Shown: one piece after another, positions 36,123 through 45,634 of the stretch
Position numbering within the stretch: the stretch's first letter is position 1
Layout of the letters: every line of letters begins with the position of its first letter
Sequence record: DRR378314_15
DNA length: 45,634 nucleotides
Strand: one strand, 5' to 3'
Program-made: the position numbers and the translations under genes
Notes under the pieces: generated by a model
What the model was told of the DNA's origin: nothing
The model's input: only the letters and a program-made list of their open reading frames with translations
Databases searched by the model: none

Positions 36123-37775
36123 CTAATCTTTTAAAGCTCTTCTGAGTATTTTGCCAACATTTGTTTTTGGCAGCTCATCCTTAAACTCAACGAGTTTTGG
36201 AACTTTGTAATTAGTTAAATTATCACGACAGTGCTTTATTATATCTTTTTCAGTTAAAGATGGGTCTTTTTTAACAATAAAAACTTTAACTTGTTCACCA
36301 CTAACGTCGTGAGGAATACCAATCGCAGCGCATTCAAGTACGCCATCATGCATTGCCACGACTTCTTCTATCTCATTTGGGAAAACATTAAAGCCAGATA
36401 CGATAATCATATCTTTTTTGCGGTCCACTATGTAGAAAAAGCCTTCATCATCATAGGTCGCAATGTCACCTGTAGCAAACCAGCCATCTTTCAAGCACTC
36501 TGCTGTAGCATCAGGGCGGTTATAATAACCCAGCATAACTTGAGGACCTTTTACCCACAACTCACCTGGCTCACCTTTAGCTGCTTCTTCGCCATTGTCT
36601 AAAATAAGCTTTAGCTCAGTACTCGGTGCAGGTAATCCAATTGACCCATTGTAAGAATCTAAATCATAAGGGCTAATTGTTACAAGTGGTGCACACTCAG
36701 TTAGGCCATAGCCTTCCATAAGCTTAGAGTGTGTTACTTTTTGCCATTTTTCAGCAACAGGTCGCTGAACAGCCATACCGCCACCTAAAGACATTTTAAG
36801 ATGACTAAAATCTAAGTCTGAGAAACCCGGCGTATTTAGCAAACCATTAAATAATGTGTTTACACCAGTAATGGCTGTAAATTTATGTTGGCTAAGCTCT
36901 TTCACAAAACCAGGCATATCACGCGGGTTGGTGATCAGTAAGTTTAATCCACCATATTTCATAAACGTTAAACAGTTAGCTGTAAGGGCGAAGATATGAT
37001 AAAGCGGTAAAGCCGTAACAACCACTTCTTTGCCGCGCTCCAGTACGTTGTCTAAACACCCTGAAACCTGCTCTAGGTTTCCTACCATATTGCCATGACT
37101 TAGCATTGCCCCTTTAGATACACCGGTTGTTCCACCGGTGTACTGCAAGAAAGCTAAGTCATTCAAGTTCACATCTGGTTTGGTATAGCGGCTTTCATCG
37201 CCCTTTAAAACCTCTGAAAACTTGATCGGGTTTGGTAAGTTGTAAGCAGGAACCATTTTTTTAATATGCTTCACAACTAAATTTACAATGTGCTTTTTAA
37301 GGCCACCTACCATATCGCCCACTTGCGTTACGACAATATGCTTTACATTGGTTTTAGATAGCGATTTTTCCAAGGTATCTGCAAAGTTTGCAAGTATAAA
37401 GATTGCCTCAGACTCAGAGTCATTTAACTGATGTTCGAGTTCTCGCACAGTGTAAAGTGGGTTTACGTTAACAACAACACAGCCTGCACGTAAAATACCC
37501 AAAATCGTGACCGGTGTTTGCAATAGGTTCGGCATCATAACCGCGACCTTAGCACCTTTTTTCAACCCTAAATCATTTTGGATATAGGATGCAACACGTT
37601 TTGTTGCGCTGTCCATTTCGTTATAACTGAGTGTTTTACCCATATTAGTAAATGCGGGTAAATCTTTATAATCCGAGAAGCTTTTCTCAAACACTTCTAG
37701 TAACGAGTTGTAGTGTTCAGGGTCGATAGTTTCAGGCATACCTTTTGGGTAGCGCTTAAGCCAGATCTTTTCCAC
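36123..37775 (-). CDS. fadD: Long-chain-fatty-acid-CoA ligase
   Basis: [62 protein letters not shown]. Confidence 0.96.
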   Translation of the reverse strand: MEKIWLKRYPKGMPETIDPEHYNSLLEVFEKSFSDYKDLPAFTNMGKTLSYNEMDSATKRVASYIQNDLGLKKGAKVAVMMPNLLQTPVTILGILRAGCVVVNVNPLYTVRELEHQLNDSESEAIFILANFADTLEKSLSKTNVKHIVVTQVGDMVGGLKKHIVNLVVKHIKKMVPAYNLPNPIKFSEVLKGDESRYTKPDVNLNDLAFLQYTGGTTGVSKGAMLSHGNMVGNLEQVSGCLDNVLERGKEVVVTALPLYHIFALTANCLTFMKYGGLNLLITNPRDMPGFVKELSQHKFTAITGVNTLFNGLLNTPGFSDLDFSHLKMSLGGGMAVQRPVAEKWQKVTHSKLMEGYGLTECAPLVTISPYDLDSYNGSIGLPAPSTELKLILDNGEEAAKGEPGELWVKGPQVMLGYYNRPDATAECLKDGWFATGDIATYDDEGFFYIVDRKKDMIIVSGFNVFPNEIEEVVAMHDGVLECAAIGIPHDVSGEQVKVFIVKKDPSLTEKDIIKHCRDNLTNYKVPKLVEFKDELPKTNVGKILRRALKD

Positions 37776-37895
37776 TCTTAGCTCCTGTTCTATTTATAAT
37801 TTATTTTTATTAAACCTTAAACTATGTAAGGCACTTTAACAATCGAGCAAATACTCTAATGAGTAAATAATCCCACATTTGGGGCAGATATACAA

Positions 37896-38747
37896 TTAAC
37901 ATGCACCATTTTGCTGCATAAACTCATGAACTTGCACTAAACACCGCTGCGCACTTTGCATATGACAATGATGCCCCCCTTTAACTGAAATTACATTTAA
38001 ACCTTTGAAATATAATTTATATTTCTCGATATTCTCGCTAACAAAGGAATAACCATCATCACCTATAATGAGTTGACAGGGTACATTTATTTTACTTATA
38101 ACAGCTATACATTGCTGTTCATCAAATCTAAAACCTGAGTGATTTTTAAGCTTAGGATCCGTTGTTAACATAAATCCCTGACTTGTGCCTGTCAGATTCC
38201 TGTTCATTAAAAGAGCAATAAGTGTATGCGGTAAGTCACTCGACATCGCACGCGCTTTAAATACTTGTTCCTTTGATTTATATACACGTTGCGTTCTGCC
38301 TTTAACTTCATAACGTTTTAGAATCGCTTGTCTAAGCTGCTTTACAACATCTTCACTTGGCGTTGTAATAACACCAACCCCTTCTATCATAGTTACTGAC
38401 TTGACCTTTTCAGCAAAACAACTTGCGAATAATCCAGCAACCATAGCGCCCATAGAATGACCAACCAAATGGACCTGTTCTGCACCAATTTGGTTAATCA
38501 AATTATAAACATCGTCAACGTAGTCTACAAAATAGTAATGTGCGTCTTCACTGCGCCAATCCGACAAACCATGTCCTGGAAAATCGATGCAATACCATTT
38601 TTCGTTCAAGTTTACGCCTTCAAGCATTGGAATAAAGCTGTGACAATTGTCCAGCCAACCATGCAATGCAATGACGACTTCATCCCCATCGCCAAATGTT
38701 AGGCCACGAAGGGCTAATTTGCCACTTTGGATTGAAAAAGGTTGCAC
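37896..38747 (-). CDS. Alpha/beta fold hydrolase
   Basis: LHGWLDN, DFPGHG, GHSMG nucleophile elbow, GGHHCH; start moved to GTG 38747 after GAGGAG. Confidence 0.88.
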   Translation of the reverse strand: MQPFSIQSGKLALRGLTFGDGDEVVIALHGWLDNCHSFIPMLEGVNLNEKWYCIDFPGHGLSDWRSEDAHYYFVDYVDDVYNLINQIGAEQVHLVGHSMGAMVAGLFASCFAEKVKSVTMIEGVGVITTPSEDVVKQLRQAILKRYEVKGRTQRVYKSKEQVFKARAMSSDLPHTLIALLMNRNLTGTSQGFMLTTDPKLKNHSGFRFDEQQCIAVISKINVPCQLIIGDDGYSFVSENIEKYKLYFKGLNVISVKGGHHCHMQSAQRCLVQVHEFMQQNGAC

Positions 38748-38847
38748 TAAGTTACTCCTCTTTAAATTAAGCCAATTCACCGAAAAAGACGTTTATTTAT
38801 AATACAGTAGATATACAATAACAACACATAATGGACAGGGTACAAAA

Positions 38848-40137
38848 ATGAAAAAACAATTAAGCCTATTGGCGTTAATGTGTTCAAGCGCAGTTTATGC
38901 TGAACAAACTCCAAAAAACATAATATATATGATTGGTGATGGTATGGGCCCTGCTTATACAACAGCATACCGATACTATAAAGATGATCCAACGACCAAA
39001 GAAATTGAAAAAACAGTTTTTGATTCAATATTAACTGGGATGGCCCATACTTACCCAGACGACCATACTGTAGTGACAGACAGCGCTGCAAGTGCGACTG
39101 CACTGAGCTCTGGTCATAAAAGTTATAATGGAGCTATCGCGGTTGATACAAATAAAAAGCCTGTAAAAACCATGCTAGAAATAGCCAAAGAAAAAGGCAT
39201 GATCACGGCACTCGTTGCAACGTCACAAATAAATCATGCCACCCCGGCTAGTTTTGCTGCCCACAATGAATCTCGACGTAATTATGATGAAATTGCTAAT
39301 GACTACATCGATAATAAAATTGCTGGGAAGCTGCCAGTTGACTTAATGCTCGGTGGCGGCACACAATATTTTATTCGTGAGGATCGTGATTTAGTTGCTG
39401 AATTTAAAGCGGCCGGCTACCAGTACAGTGACAACTTCAGTGAATTAGCAAATATCAAACAAATACCTGCAATTGGCCTTTATGCTCCATCTGGTATGCC
39501 TTTTGCTCTTGATGAAAACCCTAATCGCTTATCTAAAATGACCAATAAAGCCTTAAATTTACTCGATAATACAAAAAGTGACGGCTTCTTTGTAATGATT
39601 GAAGGCAGTCAAATTGATTGGTGTGGCCACGCTAACGACATTGCTTGTGCGATGGCAGAAATGGATGATTTTGCGAAATCAATCGAATTAGCTAAAGCTT
39701 ATATTGATAAGAACCCCGACACATTATTGGTTGTTACAGCAGACCATTCTACCGGGGGCTTAACATTGGGTGCTCATGGTCAGTATAAGTGGGAAACCGA
39801 AGTAATAAAAGGTGTTAAAGCAACGGCAGGTAAGCTCACTAAATTACTATTCGACGCTTCAAATCTTCAGCCTGTATGGGAAGAAAATACTAAAATAGCC
39901 TTCACCCCTGAGAACAAAGTCAAGTTAGAGCAAGCCAAAAAAATGGGAGTAAAGCCATTGAACCTTGCAATAAAAGATATTATTAGCAAAGCAAGCTTTA
40001 CTGGCTGGACTACTGGCGGCCATACCGCTGTAGATGTTCAAATATTTGCTTATGGCAAAGGAGCGAATGATTTTGCCGGTTCGATGAATAATACAGATAT
40101 TGCTGATAAACTTATTCACTACATCGACAAAAATTAA
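38848..40137 (+). CDS. phoA: Alkaline phosphatase (PhoA family), exported
   Basis: Signal peptide; IGDGMG, TDSAASAT (catalytic Ser), HATPA, EGSQIDWCGHAND, TADH, GHTAVDV. Confidence 0.92.
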   Translation: MKKQLSLLALMCSSAVYAEQTPKNIIYMIGDGMGPAYTTAYRYYKDDPTTKEIEKTVFDSILTGMAHTYPDDHTVVTDSAASATALSSGHKSYNGAIAVDTNKKPVKTMLEIAKEKGMITALVATSQINHATPASFAAHNESRRNYDEIANDYIDNKIAGKLPVDLMLGGGTQYFIREDRDLVAEFKAAGYQYSDNFSELANIKQIPAIGLYAPSGMPFALDENPNRLSKMTNKALNLLDNTKSDGFFVMIEGSQIDWCGHANDIACAMAEMDDFAKSIELAKAYIDKNPDTLLVVTADHSTGGLTLGAHGQYKWETEVIKGVKATAGKLTKLLFDASNLQPVWEENTKIAFTPENKVKLEQAKKMGVKPLNLAIKDIISKASFTGWTTGGHTAVDVQIFAYGKGANDFAGSMNNTDIADKLIHYIDKN

Positions 40138-42155
40138 TTCTTAGGATTTAACAAAGCCATTGCCACATTAAAAGGCAATGCTTTGTTATATAAAAAGCCT
40201 TGAGCAGAATGTATCTGGGCTTTTTTAACAACCTCTTCATGCATTTGGCTTTCAACTCCTTCAGCAACAACATTAAAGCCAAGCTCTTCGCATATCTTAG
40301 CTAAATGTTGGTATAACACGGCTGATTTATTATTATCACCTTCTGGTAATAAACTTCTGTCTAACTTTATGGTGTTAACATTGAGTCTAGACAAAACAGA
40401 TAAACAAGAATATCCCGTGCCAAAATCATCCATCGCACATTTTATATGATGTTTATTTAAAAAATTAACAAGCTTAACAGTTGCCTCAAAGTCTTCTATG
40501 TAACTAGATTCGAGTATTTCTACTTCAACCTGATTTGGGTATCTAGCAAACGCGTTAACGACACGTTTATAGCCCCCTGCTAACAAGTTTTGTGGCGAAA
40601 TATTAAAACTGATATTAGGCTTAAACCCTTGAGCTGCAAAATTACTTAAGTCAACTTCAAGTTGATCAATCACAAAATCATCAATAATGTACATCAAATT
40701 ATGTTGTTCTAAGGTTTCTAAAAACCAAGGACCAACCACCACACCATCGCCCTGAATCAATCTTAGTAACGCTTCAAAACCAACAATGTCTTGCGTTTTT
40801 GGATCTATTTTAGGTTGGTAATACAAGGATAGAGCACCTGAATTAAGCGCATCAGTTACAGATTTTAAACTGTATTGTTCTAGTTGATTTAACGAATGCG
40901 AACGTGCAAATGATTGCTCTGACTGACCTTCAATGCTTTCTCCTGCGCTATAACGTTTAACCAGCATATCCAATGCCTTTCCTGTAATATTATGGCGCTT
41001 ATTGGCTAAAACAAACGGGTAATAAACAATCGCATTTATTAAAATCAAGCCAAGTTGCAGGGCAACCCCGGTCCAACTATGCGTTACCATCCAACCGCTT
41101 AGAATAACAGGTGTAAACCATGGAATATGTTCATTTGTATTTAATATCAGTAAACCACTATCAATCAGCGAATATGAAATTACACCATTTAGAATAGGTG
41201 TGAGTAAGAATGGCACTAAAAAAAATGGATTAAAGACTATAGGCAGTGCATAAATCATTACCTCACTGATATTAAAAACGGCAAGAGGCATAGAGATACG
41301 GGCTATACTGCGTTCATGCTCTGCATTTTTGATCATAAAACACGCAACAATGAGCCCCCAAAGACACCCTGTTCCGCCTAATAAAACAAAAGTACTAAAA
41401 AAATTGTAACTACTTAACCCATTAAATACATCATAGTCTGTGTACGTAACCGGCGTTAAGATATGGTAAGCATTATCGCCATGGATACCCACAAACCATA
41501 ATAAGTTGGCACTAATCATTTGTAAGCTGAGCTTATCTAATATTGACGGGCTCTGATCTAAATTTATCAAGTAAGCAACGAAGAACTCACCTAAGTTAGT
41601 GATAAAAGGAATTAACATTAGTGTGATAATACTTACGAGTAAATAAGGGAATATTAGATTTAAGTGCTTCCTTAAAAATAGGCTTATCGTACTAATACCC
41701 ACAATTTTTAAGGCGCTAAAAGAAGAAAAGTACTTCAGTAAATAACAACATAGAATAGGCATAAGGATTGAGTACAATACACCTGAACGATTATTTACCA
41801 ATACATTTTCCATCTGTGCTGTTATATACCCCGTACTAACTGAAAAGCACGTAAGAACTAAAACAGGAGCAGCGATTGTATGCAGTCGTAAATTTTTTGA
41901 TAAATAATAACTAAAAGAGATAAGCGTGATCAGTGGTAAAAGGGCCCATATTAGCTGATTAAAATCATTCAAATATTCATGTTCACCACCTTTGTCAGCT
42001 AAATTAAACCACTGGTTTAGAAGTGTAATCACAGAAGCGACAATAAAAAATGGAATGAGCGCAATATATCCTTCACGTAAGGACAAAATAACAGTGTTTG
42101 ATGACACCTTAACTGCGTTTTGATTAAACTGATGAAATACTTTGGAAAACAGCAC
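40134..42155 (-). CDS. PTS EIIC (ChbC/CelB-like) membrane domain fused to an EAL c-di-GMP phosphodiesterase domain
   Basis: N-terminal SLREG, LWFVGIHG, LGGTG, FNISE--IYALPIVFNP; C-terminal YYQPK, GFEALLR, NISP, EILE, DDFGTGYS, IKLDRS, VAEGVE, QGFLY. Confidence 0.88.
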   Translation of the reverse strand: MLFSKVFHQFNQNAVKVSSNTVILSLREGYIALIPFFIVASVITLLNQWFNLADKGGEHEYLNDFNQLIWALLPLITLISFSYYLSKNLRLHTIAAPVLVLTCFSVSTGYITAQMENVLVNNRSGVLYSILMPILCCYLLKYFSSFSALKIVGISTISLFLRKHLNLIFPYLLVSIITLMLIPFITNLGEFFVAYLINLDQSPSILDKLSLQMISANLLWFVGIHGDNAYHILTPVTYTDYDVFNGLSSYNFFSTFVLLGGTGCLWGLIVACFMIKNAEHERSIARISMPLAVFNISEVMIYALPIVFNPFFLVPFLLTPILNGVISYSLIDSGLLILNTNEHIPWFTPVILSGWMVTHSWTGVALQLGLILINAIVYYPFVLANKRHNITGKALDMLVKRYSAGESIEGQSEQSFARSHSLNQLEQYSLKSVTDALNSGALSLYYQPKIDPKTQDIVGFEALLRLIQGDGVVVGPWFLETLEQHNLMYIIDDFVIDQLEVDLSNFAAQGFKPNISFNISPQNLLAGGYKRVVNAFARYPNQVEVEILESSYIEDFEATVKLVNFLNKHHIKCAMDDFGTGYSCLSVLSRLNVNTIKLDRSLLPEGDNNKSAVLYQHLAKICEELGFNVVAEGVESQMHEEVVKKAQIHSAQGFLYNKALPFNVAMALLNPKN

Positions 42156-42335
42156 GATAAATTCTTATTATTTTTTTACTACAATACCTATTTCAGGGAA
42201 TTTAACAACCTTAAACACCAAATCAAGCACAAAAAAATTAACGTTAATTAACCATTTAATTACAAAAAACAAAGTTATCGGGATCAAGATTTTGGGAAGT
42301 TTTAATTTGACAAGCACACAATGAGTGAATCTAAA

Positions 42336-42668
42336 TTAGGCGTAAATATCAACACCAATAAGATTTTGTACCTCGGCACGTCGCTCAAGATTTGCAAGCT
42401 CTGAGTAGGTAGAAATGGCTTTACTAACTTTAGGAGTTGGTTGATCGTAGATGGTTTGCTGATAATCAGCCGAAGCTTTGGTACTAGCAGATTGAAGCTG
42501 TTGAGCAAGTTCAATACCGGCTTGAGTAGACTTTACAAACTCTGGATTTTTATCGAGAGTAGCAGAATTTTCTAATAAACTTTGTGGTTTATTAGCTATA
42601 TTCTGTTTTGGTGTAATTTTGCCAGGTATATCACCTGTAAAAAAACCTGAGCCAATGGGTAAAGTCAT
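42336..42668 (-). CDS. Hypothetical protein
   Basis: 110-aa ORF, GAG-containing RBS, low-complexity middle, C-terminal IYDQP...AISTY...LIGVDIYA. Confidence 0.65.
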   Translation of the reverse strand: MTLPIGSGFFTGDIPGKITPKQNIANKPQSLLENSATLDKNPEFVKSTQAGIELAQQLQSASTKASADYQQTIYDQPTPKVSKAISTYSELANLERRAEVQNLIGVDIYA

Positions 42669-42802
42669 AGCGGTTTCTCACTAGTACGCATTGAATAATT
42701 ATGTGTCATATTGTGCATCCTTGCAAGTATATAAATTAAACTACGCTTTACAAAAAACAACTAATGTCGATGTAATGAGAAAACATCAGAGTCTGTTGAC
42801 TA

Positions 42803-43513
42803 TTATTCTCTTCCAGGAAGCTTTTTCCAAGTAACTGTGTCTCTAACATATTTAGGTTGCGCCTGGGCTGCTTCAACTGTATTACCTAACTCAAAATTCC
42901 CCGTAACTGAGGCTGACATAAATAACGCATCTGGCAGTGTTATAGTCGAATCAGTGGTTATTTGCGAGCATTCAGACAATATTTCTGAGTACGTTTGCCA
43001 ACCTGTACCAACTGCAACCCCTTGCTTGCCTTGAAGCATTAATTGCTCAGGTTTTAATACTTGTTCCTCTGCAACGAGTTCCATCGTAGAGTTTTCACCT
43101 AATGTATATTCAGCAAAATAAATTTCCCCCATGCGCGCATCAATGGCACTAAAAACGTGGGTAGCGCCTGTTTGCTGATACGCTTGTTGTGCCATCATTT
43201 GCAGTGTTGAAACGCCCACAAGTGGTAATTTACAAGCATATGCTAAGCCTTGAGCAATAGCGACACTGATACGAACCCCTGTAAAACTGCCTGGACCTTG
43301 ACCAAAGCCAATAACATCTAAATCTTTAAGGTTGCACTTTGCTTTCGCTAATAATGAGTCTACAAGCGGCAGAATTTTTTGACTATGTTGTTGTGGGCAC
43401 TCTTCAAAATGGTGAAAAACTTCACCATTTACATTTAATACAATTGAAAGCGCCTCTGTAGATGCATCGAGCGCTAGAAAATTGATGGCTGCTGTTTTAG
43501 TTGATTTACTCAT
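42803..43513 (-). CDS. tsaB: tRNA t6A biosynthesis protein TsaB (YeaZ)
   Basis: LALDASTEALS, HSQKILP, GPGSFTGVRI, IDARMGEIY, P-YVRDTVTWKKLPGRE. Confidence 0.96.
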   Translation of the reverse strand: MSKSTKTAAINFLALDASTEALSIVLNVNGEVFHHFEECPQQHSQKILPLVDSLLAKAKCNLKDLDVIGFGQGPGSFTGVRISVAIAQGLAYACKLPLVGVSTLQMMAQQAYQQTGATHVFSAIDARMGEIYFAEYTLGENSTMELVAEEQVLKPEQLMLQGKQGVAVGTGWQTYSEILSECSQITTDSTITLPDALFMSASVTGNFELGNTVEAAQAQPKYVRDTVTWKKLPGRE

Positions 43514-43525
43514 TATTTATAATCT

Positions 43526-45433
43526 CTAATTTATCTGTTCTAAAAATTTGCTCGCTTGTTCAATGCTTCGAGTCCTGCGCATTGGCGGTAAACTTTTTAA
43601 AAATACTTGCCCATATTGACGAGTAACTAAACGGTTATCACATATTACTAAAACGCCTTTGTCGCGATTATCGCGTATTAATCTCCCCACACCTTGCTTA
43701 AGCGCAATAACCGCTTGTGGAAGCTGAATATAAGCAAATGGATCGTATCCTTGCATTTGAGCATCTTGCATTTTTGCTTGAAGTAATGGGTCGTCAGGTG
43801 CTGCAAAGGGAAGCTTATCAATAATAACACAACTAAGTGTACTACCTCTAACATCTACGCCTTCCCAAAACGACGCGGTACCGAGTAACACTGCATTGCC
43901 GTGTCGGGTAAATTTTTCTAAGATTATTCGCTTAGACATTTGTCCTTGCATATAAATGGGGTAATCAATTTGCGTGCTCAACCCCTCAGCAACTAAATGC
44001 ATCATTCTGTAACTGGTGAACAACACAAAGCATCGCCCTTTTGCTGCTTTTATCAAATCTAATGTTAATTTAATAATTGCATGAGGCATATTTGCAGCAT
44101 GCGTTTCTGGCAAGTAACGCGGTAAGCACAATAAAGCTTGATTCTGATAATCAAACGGACTATCAACCATCATACTTTGTTCCGGTTTGAGCCCTAAACT
44201 TGCATTAAAATGATCCAACTCATTATCAACAGATAAAGTGGCCGAGGTAAACACAAAGCCTGCACCTGTATCTTTCATCATTTGCGCGAATTTCACTGAC
44301 ACATTAAGCGGTGTTACATGCACTGTTAAATATCGGCGTGTTGTTTCATACCAGTAGCTGTAACCCGTTTGACTTATATCAAAAACTCGCTCTAGCTGGC
44401 CTTTAAAAGCAAGTGTGCGTTCAAACGGATGCTCAATCTTTTCGCTTCGATCTAAACAATGTTTGAGTACTTGATATAGGAAATCTAAATCACTAATAAC
44501 TCGGTGTAGTGCTGCACATACATCTTTGTCAGCAAGCATTTGGCGCCAATCGCCTCGGCTACCGTCCACGCCAAATTGTAATCGAAGATCAGCAACACTG
44601 GTCTCTAATTTATTAAGTGTTTTTCCCAATTGCAGCATATCAGGTATGTCTGAACGATAAATAGCACGAAGATCAGTGATTAAATCAACTAATTTTTTTG
44701 TACTTACACTTTCGCCAAAGTAATCACTGGCAATCTCACTTAACTGATGTGCTTCATCAAAAATATAGGCATCTGCGGTGGGAATAAGCTCTGCGAACCC
44801 GGTGTCTTTAACTGCCATATCTGCAAAAAACAAATGGTGATTAACGACCACAACATCGGCATCCATTGCCTTTAATCTGGCTTTACGAATATAACACTCT
44901 TGGAAGTCTGGGCATTCTTTGCCTAAGCAATTATCAGCTGTTGAACTAACATAGGGTAAAACTTTGGCATCCTCTTCAATACCAATACAATCAGCTAAAT
45001 CACCTGTATGAGTCTCACTTGCAAACTTAGCCACCATTGCCAATTGATGCATAACATCTGAGTCATCTGTAGGCACATGCGCAACATGCTGATTGAGCCG
45101 ATAAGAACACAGATAATTACTGCGTCCCTTTAATAAGGCAGTTTTTTTAGATGCACTCATGGCTTTAACTAATTGGGGTAAATCTCGATGGTAGAGCTGT
45201 TCTTGTAAAGCCTTAGTCCCCGTCGAAATAATTGTCTTACCTTCAGACTTTAATGCAGGTGCTAAATAGGCATAAGTTTTACCAGTACCAGTCCCCGCTT
45301 CGACGACTAATTGAGAACGATTTTTTAATGCCTGACTCACAGCGACAGCCATATCTATTTGAGGTTGACGCGGTGTGTATCCCTCTAAAGATAAAGCTAA
45401 AGGACCCGTTGCACTAAAGAGCTGTTTGATAAT
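43526..45433 (-). CDS. yoaA: DinG/XPD-family Fe-S ATP-dependent DNA helicase YoaA (start uncertain, possibly ATT at 45433)
   Basis: PRQPQ Q-motif, VEAGTGTGKT, LKGRSNYLC, CLGKECP---EC, DEAH, SATL, FWEGVD, KQGVGRLIR; adjacent to tsaB. Confidence 0.92.
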   Translation of the reverse strand: MIKQLFSATGPLALSLEGYTPRQPQIDMAVAVSQALKNRSQLVVEAGTGTGKTYAYLAPALKSEGKTIISTGTKALQEQLYHRDLPQLVKAMSASKKTALLKGRSNYLCSYRLNQHVAHVPTDDSDVMHQLAMVAKFASETHTGDLADCIGIEEDAKVLPYVSSTADNCLGKECPDFQECYIRKARLKAMDADVVVVNHHLFFADMAVKDTGFAELIPTADAYIFDEAHQLSEIASDYFGESVSTKKLVDLITDLRAIYRSDIPDMLQLGKTLNKLETSVADLRLQFGVDGSRGDWRQMLADKDVCAALHRVISDLDFLYQVLKHCLDRSEKIEHPFERTLAFKGQLERVFDISQTGYSYWYETTRRYLTVHVTPLNVSVKFAQMMKDTGAGFVFTSATLSVDNELDHFNASLGLKPEQSMMVDSPFDYQNQALLCLPRYLPETHAANMPHAIIKLTLDLIKAAKGRCFVLFTSYRMMHLVAEGLSTQIDYPIYMQGQMSKRIILEKFTRHGNAVLLGTASFWEGVDVRGSTLSCVIIDKLPFAAPDDPLLQAKMQDAQMQGYDPFAYIQLPQAVIALKQGVGRLIRDNRDKGVLVICDNRLVTRQYGQVFLKSLPPMRRTRSIEQASKFLEQIN

Positions 45434-45464
45434 AACGTCCGCTCGACGAAATAATGATAGACGG

Positions 45465-45493
45465 ATTTTACAAAAGCAACGTGTACAGAGCAA
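45465..45493 (-). promoter_or_regulatory. Candidate sigma70 promoter for yoaA-tsaB
   Basis: Minus strand TTGCTC-N17-TAAAAT. Confidence 0.55.
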
Positions 45494-45606
45494 GCGAATA
45501 CAACTTAAGTAACAGAATAACCTCAAAGTATGTTTGAATTATGAAAAACATGCGGACAAAACAAAGTTAAACTCTGCTCAAAAGATACCCATTACGCATT
45601 TTAGAT

Positions 45607-45634
45607 TAGGGTCTGTTTATCTTTGCGGATTAAA
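45607..45634. mobile_element. Possible left end of a MITE-like dispersed repeat, truncated by the window edge
   Basis: TAGGGTCTGTTTATCTTTGCGGATTAAA resembles, from memory, the GGGTCTGTTGATCTTT-type termini of Alteromonadales intergenic elements; only 28 nt visible. Confidence 0.4.

Noticed and set aside
38780-38847. Pho box upstream of alkaline phosphatase
   Set aside because: No clear 11-bp-periodic CTGTCAT-like repeats; region simply AT-rich
38777-39103. 108-aa minus-strand ORF abutting the hydrolase
   Set aside because: Antisense to phoA; the hydrolase has its own RBS and GTG at 38747
45440-45600. LexA box upstream of yoaA
   Set aside because: No convincing CTG-N10-CAG SOS box found by eye

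Overview
AT-rich (~40% GC by eye) gammaproteobacterial chromosome segment; gene content and style suggest Alteromonadales, probably Pseudoalteromonas (inference). A housekeeping backbone (ycgN-like, MltB-type lytic transglycosylase, ycgL, minCDE, rnd, fadD, alpha/beta hydrolase, tsaB, yoaA) is interrupted by three accessory blocks. The standout is a ~17.5 kb glycan-utilisation locus (17433-34893) with no recognisable classical glycoside hydrolase. Its left arm encodes a TonB-dependent receptor, a lipoprotein with four tandem discoidin/CBM32-like domains and a Tat-type glycosylasparaginase. The centre encodes a divergent CutC-family protein, a BadF-type sugar (NagK-like) kinase and a PAS-like/AraC regulator. 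The right arm is a 3-ketoglycoside oxidation-elimination-hydration-reduction operon (Gfo/Idh/MocA, two xylose-isomerase-like TIM barrels, MFS, DUF1080, GMC oxidoreductase plus Tat small subunit). The two arms share a 40-bp element (37/40 identical) made of 21-bp-spaced direct repeats at the same distance from a -10 hexamer, which is sequence-level evidence for one regulon. Other points: a PTS-EIIC-EAL fusion, a probable ATT start for yoaA, candidate Fur/Zur/FNR/LacI/GbsR sites, a REP-like element and a possible MITE end at the right edge. No rRNA, tRNA or CRISPR array was seen.
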